Of a stretch of 48,140 bases of DNA, positions 47,972-48,140 are shown piece by piece; the first letter of the stretch is position 1, and every line of letters starts with the position of its first letter. This DNA is from Isurus oxyrinchus. Taxonomy: Eukaryota. The stretch is taken from assembly GCA_026770705.1 (NCBI GenBank), contig JANJGN010000005.1, positions 196,788,001-196,836,140 of the forward strand, in the 5' to 3' direction. The position numbers and the translations under genes were made by a program. The notes under the pieces are model-generated. The model was not told the origin of the DNA. It worked only from the letters and a program-made list of their open reading frames with translations, and searched no databases.

Positions 47972-48014
47972 TGGGGGTAAGTGTCAGCACAATAACCAAA
48001 CAATAGAACAACAT
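47972..48014 (-). CDS. TRGV: TCR gamma V gene A (most J-distal in window), leader exon MLFYCLVIVLTLTP
   Basis: ATG at 48014, 14 hydrophobic codons + 1 nt, then donor GTAAGT. Phase 1 matches the V exon acceptor at 47501. Confidence 0.9.
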
Positions 48015-48140
48015 GATCCAGCAAATGAAGACCAGGGTGGATTCGCTCTGTTAAAGCCGCTGGTTAAAGAGGAAATGACTCACATCTCAGACCCAGTCGA
48101 TGAAATCGGTTCCGTTTCCTCATCGGGATCATTATTTCTC

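Noticed and set aside
4626-48014. Alternative identity as TRB, TRA/TRD, NAR-TCR or Ig light chain
   Set aside because: No D segments, a single TM Lys with KSVVY, three C exons, and CAxW V ends. An Ig light chain would have no TM exon.

Overview
Eukaryotic, repeat-rich genomic DNA, almost certainly from a cartilaginous fish (shark-type CR1/L2 LINEs, Deu-domain SINEs, Penelope elements). The window holds a T-cell receptor gamma (TRG) locus on the minus strand in translocon order: four leader+V genes, each with a 23-bp-spacer RSS (about 47.2-48.0, 38.4-38.8, 35.0-35.4 and 31.8-32.4 kb), four J segments with 12-bp-spacer RSS (11.2-12.4 kb), no D segment, and one three-exon C gene (Ig domain 8656-8979, connecting peptide 7292-7360, TM/cytoplasmic 4626-4768, AATAAA at 4284-4289). 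All splice junctions are phase 1 and join in frame. More V genes may lie beyond the right edge. The 19-kb V-J interval is mostly transposon debris. Points worth a second look: two of the four J segments carry opposite 1-nt indels at the same G-run of the FGxG motif; the C tail ends in a KKxx dilysine motif and the C region has no N-glycosylation sequon; a RUNX+MYB cluster sits where a 3' E-gamma enhancer is expected; a young Penelope element and short derivatives carry variant minimal hammerhead ribozymes; a hairpin with an AG/GT junction lies in the J-C intron; two independent 33-bp minisatellites derive from the same SINE motif. I found no wholly new biological system. This is a known locus type with several unusual details.
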